From the NCBI GenBank assembly GCA_963662335.2, contig CAXXVD010000004.1, positions 1 to 64,000 of the forward strand: DNA of 64,000 bases, written 5' to 3'. A program made the translations under genes and the position numbers. The stretch is from Chloroflexota bacterium. GTDB taxonomy: Bacteria; Chloroflexota; UBA11872; VXOZ01. The notes below the pieces were generated by a model. That model ran no database searches. It saw only the letters and a list, made by a program, of their open reading frames with translations, and was not told the origin of the DNA. Positions 48,566 through 58,090 of this stretch are shown piece by piece; the first letter of the stretch is position 1, and each line of letters opens with the position of its first letter.

Positions 48566-50311
48566 TCAGCGTTCGACCCGCACGGTAACGATGTCCAGGC
48601 CGTGGTATTTCTGGTGCCGCACCGCGGCGGCGTAGTGCCGCAGGAGGCGAAAGGACATCTCCCTGTCGTCCGCAGCCTCGCTCTGTTCGTCCAGATGCGC
48701 CAGGCGGTCTTCCAGGTTCTCTTCGGCGAAAACCGCCAGGAATTCCAGTTCCACGGCAGTGCCCTCGGGACGCGCGCCGATGACCAGGCGGGGCGCCTCG
48801 CGCGGCGCGTTCTCGGTGGGATATGCGTTGTCCGGCTGCAAGAGACTCGCCAGCGTCTCCTCGCCCGCCGAGCGCAGGCGGTCGGTCGCGGCGGTGTCCC
48901 AACCCATCTTGGCCGCAACCTCCTGGAGAAAGGCGTCGATGCGGGGCAGGTCGGCCACATCCAACCGCGTCTCCAGACGCCTGCGCCGCGGCCCGGTCAA
49001 GTCCAGCAGCACGGTCAACGCTATCGCCACCGCCGCGCCGACGGTGATGCCGTTGCCGAGCAACGTATCCCACGGCGCGTTCAGGATACCCTCGAAGATA
49101 TTCTGGTGCTGCAAGCCGACGCCAATGGAGAACGACAGTCCCACAATGAGGGCATCCTGATAGTTGAGGCCGGACCGCGAGACCGTGCGGATGCCCTCGA
49201 AGAAGAGTATGCCAATCGCCACCAACAGGAACGCCCCCATGATGGGGTTGGGAATCGTAAGCAGCAGGCCGGTTACTTTGGGGAAGAGCGCCAAGATGAG
49301 GAATATGACGCCAATGGCGTAGGCAACCGTGCGGGCGGCCACCCCGGTCAGGTTGATGAGCGAGACCGTGGACGATGAATAGGCGCTGGTGGGCGGCGTG
49401 CCGGCGAGACCCGACAACAGAATACCCGTGCCGTTGGCGTAGAGCGCGCCCTGGATCAGACGAAAGTCGAGCGCCCGCGGTCTGCGCTGCGAGACCTGTT
49501 GCACGACCACGGCGTCGCCGATGGTCTTGATCGCTTGCACCAGAGTCACGATGAGGAACATCGGCAGCAGCGCCCAGACCGCCGCGCTCGGCGCAAGATC
49601 CAGTCCGGGGAAACCGCCCGTGGGGACGCCAAACCACGACGCCGCGCGCAAACGCTCCAGGTCGTACATGCCAAAGAGCGGCGCCGCCAGACAGCCGGCC
49701 CCAATGCCGATGAGCGGCGACCAGAGCCGCCAGTTGGCGGGAGCGCGCAGCGCCAGCACGGTGGTTACGACGAGCGTCACCAGCGCCACGCCCGGGCCAG
49801 CTATGACCGGCGTGCCGGCGGGCACTTCCTTCAGACGGTCGAACGCGACGGGCAGAATCATGGTGGCGATCAGCATGAGCACCGTGCCGGAGACGGCGGG
49901 CGTGATGATGCGGCGCAAGCGGGGCAGCCACGCCGCGATTGCCAGGTAGAAGAGCGACGAGAGCACGATGAGGCTGGCCAGCGCCGCCGGGCCGCCCGCC
50001 TGGAGCGCTAGCACGGAAACGGCGACGTAATTGGGGGTAGTGCCCGTGATGAGCAGGTGGCGCGTGCCCAGCCACCCAATGCCGGCCGCCTGCAGCACCG
50101 TAACGGTCCCGCCAATGATCAGCGAGGCGAACACGGCCCACGTGAGATAGCGCTCGTCCTGGCCGGAGGCCACTGCCGTAATCGCCACGATCAAAACGGC
50201 CGGCGCCACCACGATCAGCACGCCCTGCGCCCCCACGACCGCAGCCACGAACGGCGGACAGCGCTCGTCCGGTTCGTAACGGATGTTTTCGCTCACGCGG
50301 GTTGCAGCCAA
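48566..50311 (-). CDS. NCS2/NAT (xanthine/uracil) family permease with C-terminal soluble domain (SupE-like)
   Basis: IRYEPDERCP, TVLQA, RIITPAVSGTV, FPKVTGLLLTIPNPIMG and LLGNGITVG, followed by a ~140-aa hydrophilic tail. Confidence 0.85.
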   Translation of the reverse strand: MAATRVSENIRYEPDERCPPFVAAVVGAQGVLIVVAPAVLIVAITAVASGQDERYLTWAVFASLIIGGTVTVLQAAGIGWLGTRHLLITGTTPNYVAVSVLALQAGGPAALASLIVLSSLFYLAIAAWLPRLRRIITPAVSGTVLMLIATMILPVAFDRLKEVPAGTPVIAGPGVALVTLVVTTVLALRAPANWRLWSPLIGIGAGCLAAPLFGMYDLERLRAASWFGVPTGGFPGLDLAPSAAVWALLPMFLIVTLVQAIKTIGDAVVVQQVSQRRPRALDFRLIQGALYANGTGILLSGLAGTPPTSAYSSSTVSLINLTGVAARTVAYAIGVIFLILALFPKVTGLLLTIPNPIMGAFLLVAIGILFFEGIRTVSRSGLNYQDALIVGLSFSIGVGLQHQNIFEGILNAPWDTLLGNGITVGAAVAIALTVLLDLTGPRRRRLETRLDVADLPRIDAFLQEVAAKMGWDTAATDRLRSAGEETLASLLQPDNAYPTENAPREAPRLVIGARPEGTAVELEFLAVFAEENLEDRLAHLDEQSEAADDREMSFRLLRHYAAAVRHQKYHGLDIVTVRVER

Positions 50312-50355
50312 GGGGAACCTCCACTCAGCCGCCTAAACGCCGGGACACTCGTCTG

Positions 50356-51141
50356 CTAGACGCCGCCGGGGACGTCATTACCGCTAATGCGCAGGTAGTC
50401 CGGTTTGGGCGGCGCGCCCGTGTACTGGAACTCCGCGGCCATGTAGCTCATCGTAATCGCCCGCCGTGACTGCGCGGAAAGGTTGGGCGCGGTACCGTGG
50501 AGCAGCAGGCTGTGGAAGAAGAGGCCGTCGCCCGCCGCCATCGGCACGGTGATCACGTCTGCGGTGTCGTAATTTGACTCATTGATGATGTAGTCGTCAG
50601 GCACGCGCTCGTGGGGCACGGGGCCGCGCTTGTGGCTGCCGGGAATGACCGTCATGCAGCCGTTCTCCGCCGTCGCCGGCTCGAACGGCATCCAGCACGA
50701 ACTCAACTCCATCGGCTCGATCGGCCAGTAGGGAGAATCCTGGTGCATCCCCTTGGCCGACCCCACCTGCGCCGGTTTCATGAGCACGGCGTCGCGAAAG
50801 AGCTTCAGGTTCTCGCTGCCGATGAGGGCCTGCATGCGCTCCACGACTGCGGGCTTCATGCCCAATGCGCGAAACACGTCGTCATGCAGCACGAGCTGAT
50901 CCATCTTCCGGTAGGCGTCGCCGCGCCGCTCGGGCCACGGCATCTCGCCGCGCTCCACGCGCGGCTCAACCTGAATCCTGATGCCCTCCGGTATGGGTAG
51001 ACGGTCGTACATTAACGCTTCCAACCGCTCCTTCAGGACGGCAATCTCAGCCGCCGACACCAAGCCCTCGATGAGGAGATAGCCGTTCTCCGCGTAGAAG
51101 GCCTGCTCCTCCTCCGTCACGATCGTCGTTGCCTGCGCCAT
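50356..51141 (-). CDS. PhyH-family Fe(II)/2-oxoglutarate dioxygenase
   Basis: MHQDSPYW, ENGCMTVIPGSHK and FHSLLLHGTAPNLSAQSRR motifs. Confidence 0.9.
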   Translation of the reverse strand: MAQATTIVTEEEQAFYAENGYLLIEGLVSAAEIAVLKERLEALMYDRLPIPEGIRIQVEPRVERGEMPWPERRGDAYRKMDQLVLHDDVFRALGMKPAVVERMQALIGSENLKLFRDAVLMKPAQVGSAKGMHQDSPYWPIEPMELSSCWMPFEPATAENGCMTVIPGSHKRGPVPHERVPDDYIINESNYDTADVITVPMAAGDGLFFHSLLLHGTAPNLSAQSRRAITMSYMAAEFQYTGAPPKPDYLRISGNDVPGGV

Positions 51142-51373
51142 CTTCCTACCTCCTCGCTGCAATTGCGATTGCGCACTCTTTTCTGGCAGCCATTGGCTGC
51201 GGTGTATCCGAAGTCGGGCCGCGTTCGCGCCCATCCGCCGCTGCCTGCCGTGTATTATCGCCTAATGGTGCGACTTTGGGAAAGTGAGTTGCGTGTCGAA
51301 ATCGACTTTCCCGGTGAGCCTGTCGAACCATGAGCGGCAACCTGCAACGGCAAAGCACATCTCACACCCCACT

Positions 51374-52342
51374 TCAGAAGAGCGCCGCTTGCCGAGCCGC
51401 CAGCGGCCAGGCCGCAATGCCGCTGTCCCGCAAGTGCGCGGCAAAGTGCTGCGGGCCGAACATGGTAAACACCCGCTCCGGCTGCGCCTGCTCCACGTAG
51501 GCGTTCAGTTGCCGCCAGTCGCAGTGGTCGCTCAAGGGGAGCGCCGCATCGACGCGCATCTGATATTTGCAGGAAGGATCGATAGCCCAACCGCTGAGCA
51601 AGAGGGTGCGGTACGGCATGAGGACGAGCGTTTCGCGTCGATTCCGTAGGTGAGGCGGCATCAGCACCACCGTCCCTTCCTCGCGCCGGCCGCGCCAACG
51701 CGTGAAACGGCCGGGAAAGCGCGCGCCCATCCGCTGGTAGACCGCCGTCATCGCATACGTGGATTCGTGCACCTGCACCGTGAAGCCCGCCTCCAGCAAG
51801 ATGTGGAGCGCCTCTTGTCCTTTGCCCAAGCTGTACGCCAGCACAACGGGCACATCTCCATTGCGCAGGGTTTCTCTTACCCACTCACACACTTCCTCTA
51901 TGACGATCTCGCGGGGCGGAAACACGTACGCCGGGTGCCCAAAGGTAGCGTCGAGGATCAGCGTGTCGCAGGGAATAGGCTCTGCCGGTTGCCCAAAGCG
52001 ATCTTCCCCCAGGTGCAGGTCGCCGGTGTACACGATGCGCTCGCCGGTAGCGTGAACGTCAATCGCCACTTGCGCGGAACCCAAACAATGGCCGGCGGGA
52101 AAGAGAGTCAGCGTATAGTCTGCGCGCTCCAGCGGCTCGCCGTAGGCCAGCGGCATCGCCTGCTTGAGCTTCATGCGCTGCGCGGCCAGGGCAATCGTTT
52201 CGGCGGTAGCGAGCACGTGGTGATGTGGGGCGAGGTGGTCGCTGTGGGCGTGGGAGATGTACCCTTCCGGTTTCACCCGGCGCGAATCGAGCCAGAGTTC
52301 CAAGCTGGGAAGAAAGATGCCGGGTTCGATCAGAGTCTGCAT
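51374..52342 (-). CDS. Metallo-beta-lactamase/beta-CASP nuclease (ligase-associated exonuclease / SNM1-like)
   Basis: SHAHSDH, PAGHCLGS, YTGD, DATFG, YSLGKGQE, LSGWA and LSDHCD motifs. Confidence 0.88.
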   Translation of the reverse strand: MQTLIEPGIFLPSLELWLDSRRVKPEGYISHAHSDHLAPHHHVLATAETIALAAQRMKLKQAMPLAYGEPLERADYTLTLFPAGHCLGSAQVAIDVHATGERIVYTGDLHLGEDRFGQPAEPIPCDTLILDATFGHPAYVFPPREIVIEEVCEWVRETLRNGDVPVVLAYSLGKGQEALHILLEAGFTVQVHESTYAMTAVYQRMGARFPGRFTRWRGRREEGTVVLMPPHLRNRRETLVLMPYRTLLLSGWAIDPSCKYQMRVDAALPLSDHCDWRQLNAYVEQAQPERVFTMFGPQHFAAHLRDSGIAAWPLAARQAALF

Positions 52343-52357
52343 GTAGGGTCTTTCAGT

Positions 52358-52469
52358 TAAGGGAGTAGCCGGTTAAGGGAGTAGCCGGCTAAGGGAGTAG
52401 CCGGCTAAGGGAGTAGCCGGTTAAGGGAGTAGCCGGCTAAGGGAGTAGCCGGCTAAGGGAGTAGCCGGC
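52358..52469. repeat. 16-bp tandem repeat x7
   Basis: TAAGGGAGTAGCCGG(C/T) x7 with no spacers. Confidence 0.95.
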
Positions 52470-52559
52470 AGAGGAAAGCGTGCGGGAAACCTGCCTCAGC
52501 GTAGCACGCGCCGATTGCGTCTTCAAATTGCGCCTGTCAGTGCGACGCGCGCCAAGAGA

Positions 52560-53954
52560 TCAGACACCTGGCAGAATCGAGCCAACGAGTTCCAGCGCCC
52601 GGTTGACGAAGAGGCCCTGGGTGCCCGCGGCGTAGTGCGCGGGCGCGAGTTCGTCGTCCTGGTAGGAGCCGAGCTCATAGCCGCCGCGCGGAATCTCCCG
52701 GTCCGACGGCACGTAGCCGATCATGTCGTTCGCCATGCTCACGTGCACCACGTCTAAGCCGAACTGCTCCTTGACGCGCGTGCGGGTCTCCATGCCGTAT
52801 TCCAGGAAGAACTCGCCGGGAAAACCGACGAACACCAGATGTCCGACGCGAATGACCTGCAATTCGGTTTCCAGACCGTCCGCCAACGTGCCGGCCTCGA
52901 TTTGGCGCAGGATGCGCTGCGCCCAGCGGGCCTTGCAGAAGGGCAAGCGCCGGCCAGTGCCGGGAAACGCGCCGGTTTCAAGCGCCTGGCGCAGATAGGC
53001 GGCCGTCGGCGGTTCGGCAAACGGCGCGACGATGGGCGTGCTTGCCGCCGCGACACTGCCCAGAGTGCGGGCGCAAATCCCCTCCCGCACGTTCACCACT
53101 TCCGCGCCCATGATGCGGCCTTCTCTTTCAAGTTCGGGAAACGTGGCCGAGCGAAAGCCGCCGCTCTCGTTCGTGTAGTTGGGACGAATGTCGCCGTGGC
53201 AGCCCAGCAGAAAGCCCACCACGCAGTCGTCACCGTAAACATCCTCCACAAACGACCGCGCCGGGCCGATGTAGTCGGCGCTGATGGCGTAGTTGTCGCT
53301 CATACTGGTGGGATGGCAGGCATAGTTGAAGATGACGCCGGCGGGCTCGCCGCGCTCATCGTCGAAGCGCAGCACGGGCAGAGAGTGATCTACCAGGCCG
53401 TCCGGCCGCGGACAATTGACCACCTCGCCATTGCGCTCGCCGCGCCGGTTTATGGCCAGGCCATATCGGCCCGCGCCAATCCCGCCCACGACGGTCTGCA
53501 TCCCCTGCATCGCCATCGCCACCGCGCCCGCCAGCTTGTTTTCCAATTCTTCCAGGTAGTCATGGTCCAAGATTGGCAGCGCGTAGGTCAACTCTTCAGT
53601 GGGAATGCCGCCGGGATAGGGTATGCCCGCGCCAGGCAGACCGGCGCCCCAGTCTTTCGTGTTGGGGCCGCTGTGGGCGTGGGTCATGCCCAGCATGACG
53701 TGGGAGCCCGGTATGCCGGTCAACGCGGCAATCTTCTGGCGCACGGCGCGCGTGCGTTCCAGGGAGATGTCAACGAGATCGGCGCCCACCACGGCTACGG
53801 TCGTGTCTTCATCGGCAAACACGTACGCCGCGGCGTAGAGTTCGTCATGGATTTCGTCTGAAGGCCGGGTGCGATTGCCGTAGCCGCCGAGATGCGTGCC
53901 CACCGGCGGGGTTATGTTGACCTTAGCCGCCCCCATGCGGACGCTCGCTGACAT
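52560..53954 (-). CDS. Neutral/alkaline ceramidase-like amidohydrolase
   Basis: ITPP...LGGYG, IHDELYA, THAHSGP, NRR, NYACHPT and PGEFF motifs. Confidence 0.85.
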   Translation of the reverse strand: MSASVRMGAAKVNITPPVGTHLGGYGNRTRPSDEIHDELYAAAYVFADEDTTVAVVGADLVDISLERTRAVRQKIAALTGIPGSHVMLGMTHAHSGPNTKDWGAGLPGAGIPYPGGIPTEELTYALPILDHDYLEELENKLAGAVAMAMQGMQTVVGGIGAGRYGLAINRRGERNGEVVNCPRPDGLVDHSLPVLRFDDERGEPAGVIFNYACHPTSMSDNYAISADYIGPARSFVEDVYGDDCVVGFLLGCHGDIRPNYTNESGGFRSATFPELEREGRIMGAEVVNVREGICARTLGSVAAASTPIVAPFAEPPTAAYLRQALETGAFPGTGRRLPFCKARWAQRILRQIEAGTLADGLETELQVIRVGHLVFVGFPGEFFLEYGMETRTRVKEQFGLDVVHVSMANDMIGYVPSDREIPRGGYELGSYQDDELAPAHYAAGTQGLFVNRALELVGSILPGV

Positions 53955-53979
53955 GGTTCGCCTTCCCTTTCACTAAGCC

Positions 53980-55389
53980 TCACGCAAGGGTGACTGCGCG
54001 GATTTCATCCTGTGATTCATGCATGCGGCGCGCGAGCGCCACAACGCGCCGCACCACGAATGCTTCGGTCTCCGGTTGAAACGGCGCCGGATACCAGAAC
54101 CAGCGGTAGAAATCCGCCGGTTCGGAACCGCCTTCCGGATAGGCGCTGGCCGTGCAGACGTAGCCCACTTCCGAGTTGCTGTAGCCGAGGGTGAGGGCCA
54201 TCTGCGCCTGGTGGCTATCCTGAAGGGCGCGCTCGATCGCCAGGCCGATTTCCAGGAAGACCTCGCCGCCCATGGCCACGATCCAGACACTGCCAAGGCG
54301 CACGATCTGTACCTCCATGTCCACGGCGCCGGGCAACTCCTCACCGTTTTCCAGTTTCTCAATGAGGCGGTCGGCCCAGGGATGATAGCGCGTGCGGCGA
54401 GAGTCCGCGCGATAGGCGCGCAGTTCTTCAAGAGTGGGCGGCTCTTGGAACGGAAGCGGAAGCTGTTCCCTGGCAACCGCGATGGGATAGCCCACCGCCA
54501 TGTGGCTTTCCCGCGCCGCGCGGACGGCAACCGCGCCGGCGCCGCGGCCGAGGGCCTGTATCTCCGCCGCCGTGCAGGGGTGGAAACGCTCGCCGTCGGG
54601 CGTGAGCACCCGCGGGCGGATGTTGCCGCCGCAGCCGGCGAGAAAGACTGCGATCGGCGCTCCCTCATCGGCAAACGACCGCTCGACTTCATCCTTTGCC
54701 GGAGAAATGTAATCGCCGCCAATCAGGGGTATGCCGCGATAGTGAAAGCCGGTGCCGTGACAGGCGGCAGAGAAGATGACGGCGAGTGCCGAGCCATCCA
54801 GGCGATCCACGCGCAAGACCCGCGCCCGGTTATCCACCGGCGCGTCGTAGTTGGGCAACATGCTGGAAACGCCGTCCACCACCTTGCGGCGATTGATGGC
54901 GAACTCACCCTCGGCTTCGCCGATCGCCAGCGAGGCCGGCTCCAAGTTCGCGTTCGCCCGCGCCACCGTATCGGCAATTTGCCCGATTAGCCACTCCCGG
55001 TACTCCAGGTCAACTTCGTACGGCGAAACCAGGGAAATGTTAGGGCCGGAGTGCGTGTGGGAAGCATTGAGCAGCACATGATCGCCCGGAATATCGGTCT
55101 GCGCGGCCACGCGCGCGCGTATAGCCGCGGCCAGTGAGGCTTCCATGTAGATGACGTCGTTGCCGACCAGGGCGACTTTCGTCGCGTCGTCGTCGAAGAC
55201 CACTGCCGTGCTGTAGAGTTCGTCCAGCACGCCGGTGGCCGTGAGCGTCATGCCGCTCTGGAGCACGCTGCCGATTGGCGGCGTAATCTGCGTCTTGGCC
55301 GCGCCGGCCCACAGCGGAGGCCGCGCCGGCAGTTTCTCGTCTGCCCGGTTGATCCAGTCTTGCAATTGCCGCTCCCTTTCCGCTTCCAT
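53980..55389 (-). CDS. Neutral/alkaline ceramidase-like amidohydrolase
   Basis: ITPP, DELY, SHTHSGP, NRR, ACHGT and GGEVF motifs. Confidence 0.83.
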   Translation of the reverse strand: MEAERERQLQDWINRADEKLPARPPLWAGAAKTQITPPIGSVLQSGMTLTATGVLDELYSTAVVFDDDATKVALVGNDVIYMEASLAAAIRARVAAQTDIPGDHVLLNASHTHSGPNISLVSPYEVDLEYREWLIGQIADTVARANANLEPASLAIGEAEGEFAINRRKVVDGVSSMLPNYDAPVDNRARVLRVDRLDGSALAVIFSAACHGTGFHYRGIPLIGGDYISPAKDEVERSFADEGAPIAVFLAGCGGNIRPRVLTPDGERFHPCTAAEIQALGRGAGAVAVRAARESHMAVGYPIAVAREQLPLPFQEPPTLEELRAYRADSRRTRYHPWADRLIEKLENGEELPGAVDMEVQIVRLGSVWIVAMGGEVFLEIGLAIERALQDSHQAQMALTLGYSNSEVGYVCTASAYPEGGSEPADFYRWFWYPAPFQPETEAFVVRRVVALARRMHESQDEIRAVTLA

Positions 55390-55449
55390 TCGCTATCATG
55401 ATGCAGCGGGGGCAATCACGCAAGTCATGCATGTTGAGAAAGGTGAAAG

Positions 55450-56235
55450 ATGCGCGCGACGGACGTTCTCCAGGTCATCATCGACACGTGCGGCACGCTG
55501 GGAGGCGACGAGGGGATACTCTTTGGCGACCGCGAGCAAGAGGTCACCGGCGTGCAGGTGTGCTGGATGGCGAGCCTGGACGCCATCGCGCGCGCGGCTG
55601 AGGCCAACGCCAACCTGATCATCGCCCACGAGGATCTCTATTTCCCCTCGTGGCGGCCGCAAAACAGCGGCGCGCCGGTGGACTATCTGAGTTGGCGCGT
55701 CAACCAGCGGCGCATGCAACTGCTCGCGCGTTATGGGATTGCGGTCATGCGGGTGCACGGGACACTGGATCGCCACTGCATCTTTACGGCGTTTGCCGCC
55801 AAACTGGGGCTGGGCGCGCCGGTGGTTGACGAGGGCGCGTACCTCAAGGCGTACGACCTGCCGGCGGATACCACGTATGGCGGGCTGGTGGAGCGGGTCA
55901 AGTCTGCGCTGGGGATGACGGCCGTGCGCGCGACGCCGCACGATCCGGCGGCGCCGGTGCGGCGCGCCGGGCTGCCCTGGGGCGGCTTGGGCCTCTTCGT
56001 AAACGTAGGCTACATGCAGTCAATTCTCAAGTACGACTGCGACGTGTTCATTGCCGGTGAGAGCGACAACTACGGCATGCACTTCGCCATGGAGTCCGGT
56101 GTGCCCATGATCGAAACGAGCCACGAGGTGAGCGAGAACCCGGGACTGGCCCAGTACGCCCAAGAACTTCAGGCGGCGCTGCTCACTGTGCCCGTGCGCT
56201 ACTACGAAAACCCCATGCCGTGGCGGTGGTGGTAG
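55450..56235 (+). CDS. Nif3-like (DUF34) dinuclear metal protein
   Basis: DEGILFGD, LIIAHE, HGTLD, FIAGE and SHEVSENPG motifs. Confidence 0.82.
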   Translation: MRATDVLQVIIDTCGTLGGDEGILFGDREQEVTGVQVCWMASLDAIARAAEANANLIIAHEDLYFPSWRPQNSGAPVDYLSWRVNQRRMQLLARYGIAVMRVHGTLDRHCIFTAFAAKLGLGAPVVDEGAYLKAYDLPADTTYGGLVERVKSALGMTAVRATPHDPAAPVRRAGLPWGGLGLFVNVGYMQSILKYDCDVFIAGESDNYGMHFAMESGVPMIETSHEVSENPGLAQYAQELQAALLTVPVRYYENPMPWRWW

Positions 56236-56310
56236 CGCGGAGCGTATCGCCAACGCCTGCTCGCATAGAGCGCGCGTGGCTAAGTCGGCTTCGTCGAATA
56301 TAGCCGACTT

Positions 56311-56790
56311 CTACTCAGCAGCGCCCTCTACCCAATTGCGCGCGAAATTCGACAGTATCTTCTCGGAAACCGCGATGAACACCGCCCGCTCTTCCGACGT
56401 GATGCCCTCCGCCAGCATGGCATTGTGCTCCTGGACCCGTTCGATCAGCTCCGGTACCAGACGGAGCCCGTCTTCAGTCAGTCCGAGATGCACCACCCGC
56501 CGGTCGTCCTTCAGGCTCTTTCTGGTCAACAGGCCCTGTTCGTAGAGCTTGTTGACAACGCGGCTGATGCGGCCGGCGTCAACCGGCATTACCCGCGCCA
56601 TACGGGAGATCGTAGTCGTGCCGGTGCGATAGCAAATGCCGAGAATTGTAAACTCTATTGGCGTAAGCTCGAAGGGCGAAAGCTGCAATGCTGTGCCCTT
56701 CATCACTGCGTTGGCCAGGCGGACCACGTTGCCTCCCAGATAGTCGGGGGTCGGCCCCCACACTTCTTCCTCTAACTGCGTTTCGCCCAT
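56311..56790 (-). CDS. MarR family transcriptional regulator
   Basis: LTPIEFTIL, ISRVVNKL and DDRRVVHLGLTEDG motifs. Confidence 0.92.
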   Translation of the reverse strand: MGETQLEEEVWGPTPDYLGGNVVRLANAVMKGTALQLSPFELTPIEFTILGICYRTGTTTISRMARVMPVDAGRISRVVNKLYEQGLLTRKSLKDDRRVVHLGLTEDGLRLVPELIERVQEHNAMLAEGITSEERAVFIAVSEKILSNFARNWVEGAAE

Positions 56791-57321
56791 AACGTCACCG
56801 TTCCCTTTCAACGTTGCCGCAGACTATCGCCCGCCCTGCGATACTTGTGCATACAATAGACTATGTATAGATAATAGCTATGCGTTAACCAATAGTCAAG
56901 TTAGATAAAGCAACTACACAGAGCAATTGCAATTCGTGACGTGTTTTGAGATGCTGTTTACGTACGTTTATGAGAATTCTCCTCACTTCAATATGCTCAG
57001 GCGCGACCGTCGGATGCGGCGGCCAAGGTCGGCAAACGCACGCGCGAAGGCAGATAGGACTGGACGCAACCGTGCGAAAGTCGCAGCGAGCGGAGGAACG
57101 CGATGGCTGGCGGCGTGGCGGCGTCGGTTCGGCGCTCGCTGCCACGCCGCGGCGCAGGGCTTCCTTCTAATGCCGCCGCGTCAATGCGGCGCGGCGTGTG
57201 GCGGGGATAGACAATGGGTCTCACTTTGGCGTCGGCGGCGCGAATTACCCAGAAAAACGACGCCCGTTTCGTGAAAAGACAGGGGAGAAGCGAGAACCGG
57301 TCCGAACGGAGGAGCACAGCC

Positions 57322-58068
57322 ATGGCTGCGACGAAGGCGCCGACCGGGGAAGGTGGGGCGGACAGCGCCCGCCGGCAGCGTCCGGTTGTCCTGTTGGACG
57401 CCTACGGCACGTTGTTCGCGCCCATTTCCTTCGGCTCACCGGCGGCGCACCTCTGCCAACTCTTAGCCGCCGACAGCGTGCGCGTCTCCCCACAGAGCGC
57501 GGAGAAGGCGCTCTTTGCGGAGATTGCCGTATACCGCGAGCGGTTTCCTTTCATTCGCAATGAACGGGAACTGCGGCAACTGGAGTATGACGTCAGCGAT
57601 CTCGTGCTGGCGGAGTTGGCGCTCACGCAGTTCCCGCGCGAACGCATGCGCCAACACCTGCTCGCCCTGTTTCCCTTTGTGGTCTTTCCCGACGTGGAAC
57701 CGGCGCTCGCTGAACTGCACGCGCGCGGGCTGACGCTCGGCGTGGTCAGCAACTTCAACGCGATGCTCGACGACTACTTGGAGCAACTAAATCTGAGGGA
57801 CTGGTTCAGCGTGGTCGTCTCTTCAGCCGACGTGGGGGTGACGAAACCGGATCCCGCCATCTTCCGCGTGGCGCTGGATCGTCTCGGGGTGCAGCCTGAA
57901 CAGGCCCTATACGTCGGTGACGACGTGCGCAACGACTACCACGGCGCGCGGCAGGCGGGCCTCCACGCGGTCTTGCTCAACCGCGATGATGAGCCGCTGC
58001 CGGAAGGAGTGCGCGCGGTAGCCGCCCTAACCGACCTGCCGGGGCTGTTGGATGAGGATTTCCCATGA
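57322..58068 (+). CDS. HAD-IA hydrolase (REG-2/HDHD3-like)
   Basis: LDAYGTL, VSNF, KPDPAIF and VGDDVRNDYHGARQAG; GGAGG SD. Confidence 0.88.
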   Translation: MAATKAPTGEGGADSARRQRPVVLLDAYGTLFAPISFGSPAAHLCQLLAADSVRVSPQSAEKALFAEIAVYRERFPFIRNERELRQLEYDVSDLVLAELALTQFPRERMRQHLLALFPFVVFPDVEPALAELHARGLTLGVVSNFNAMLDDYLEQLNLRDWFSVVVSSADVGVTKPDPAIFRVALDRLGVQPEQALYVGDDVRNDYHGARQAGLHAVLLNRDDEPLPEGVRAVAALTDLPGLLDEDFP

Positions 58069-58090
58069 GCGCCGCCGCCGAGACTTCCAG

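Noticed and set aside
48177-50324. 715-aa minus-strand ORF
   Set aside because: Arg/Gly/Pro-rich alternative frame overlapping the permease; not protein-like.
52358-52469. CRISPR or iteron-based origin
   Set aside because: No spacers, no rep gene and no adjacent AT-rich unwinding region.
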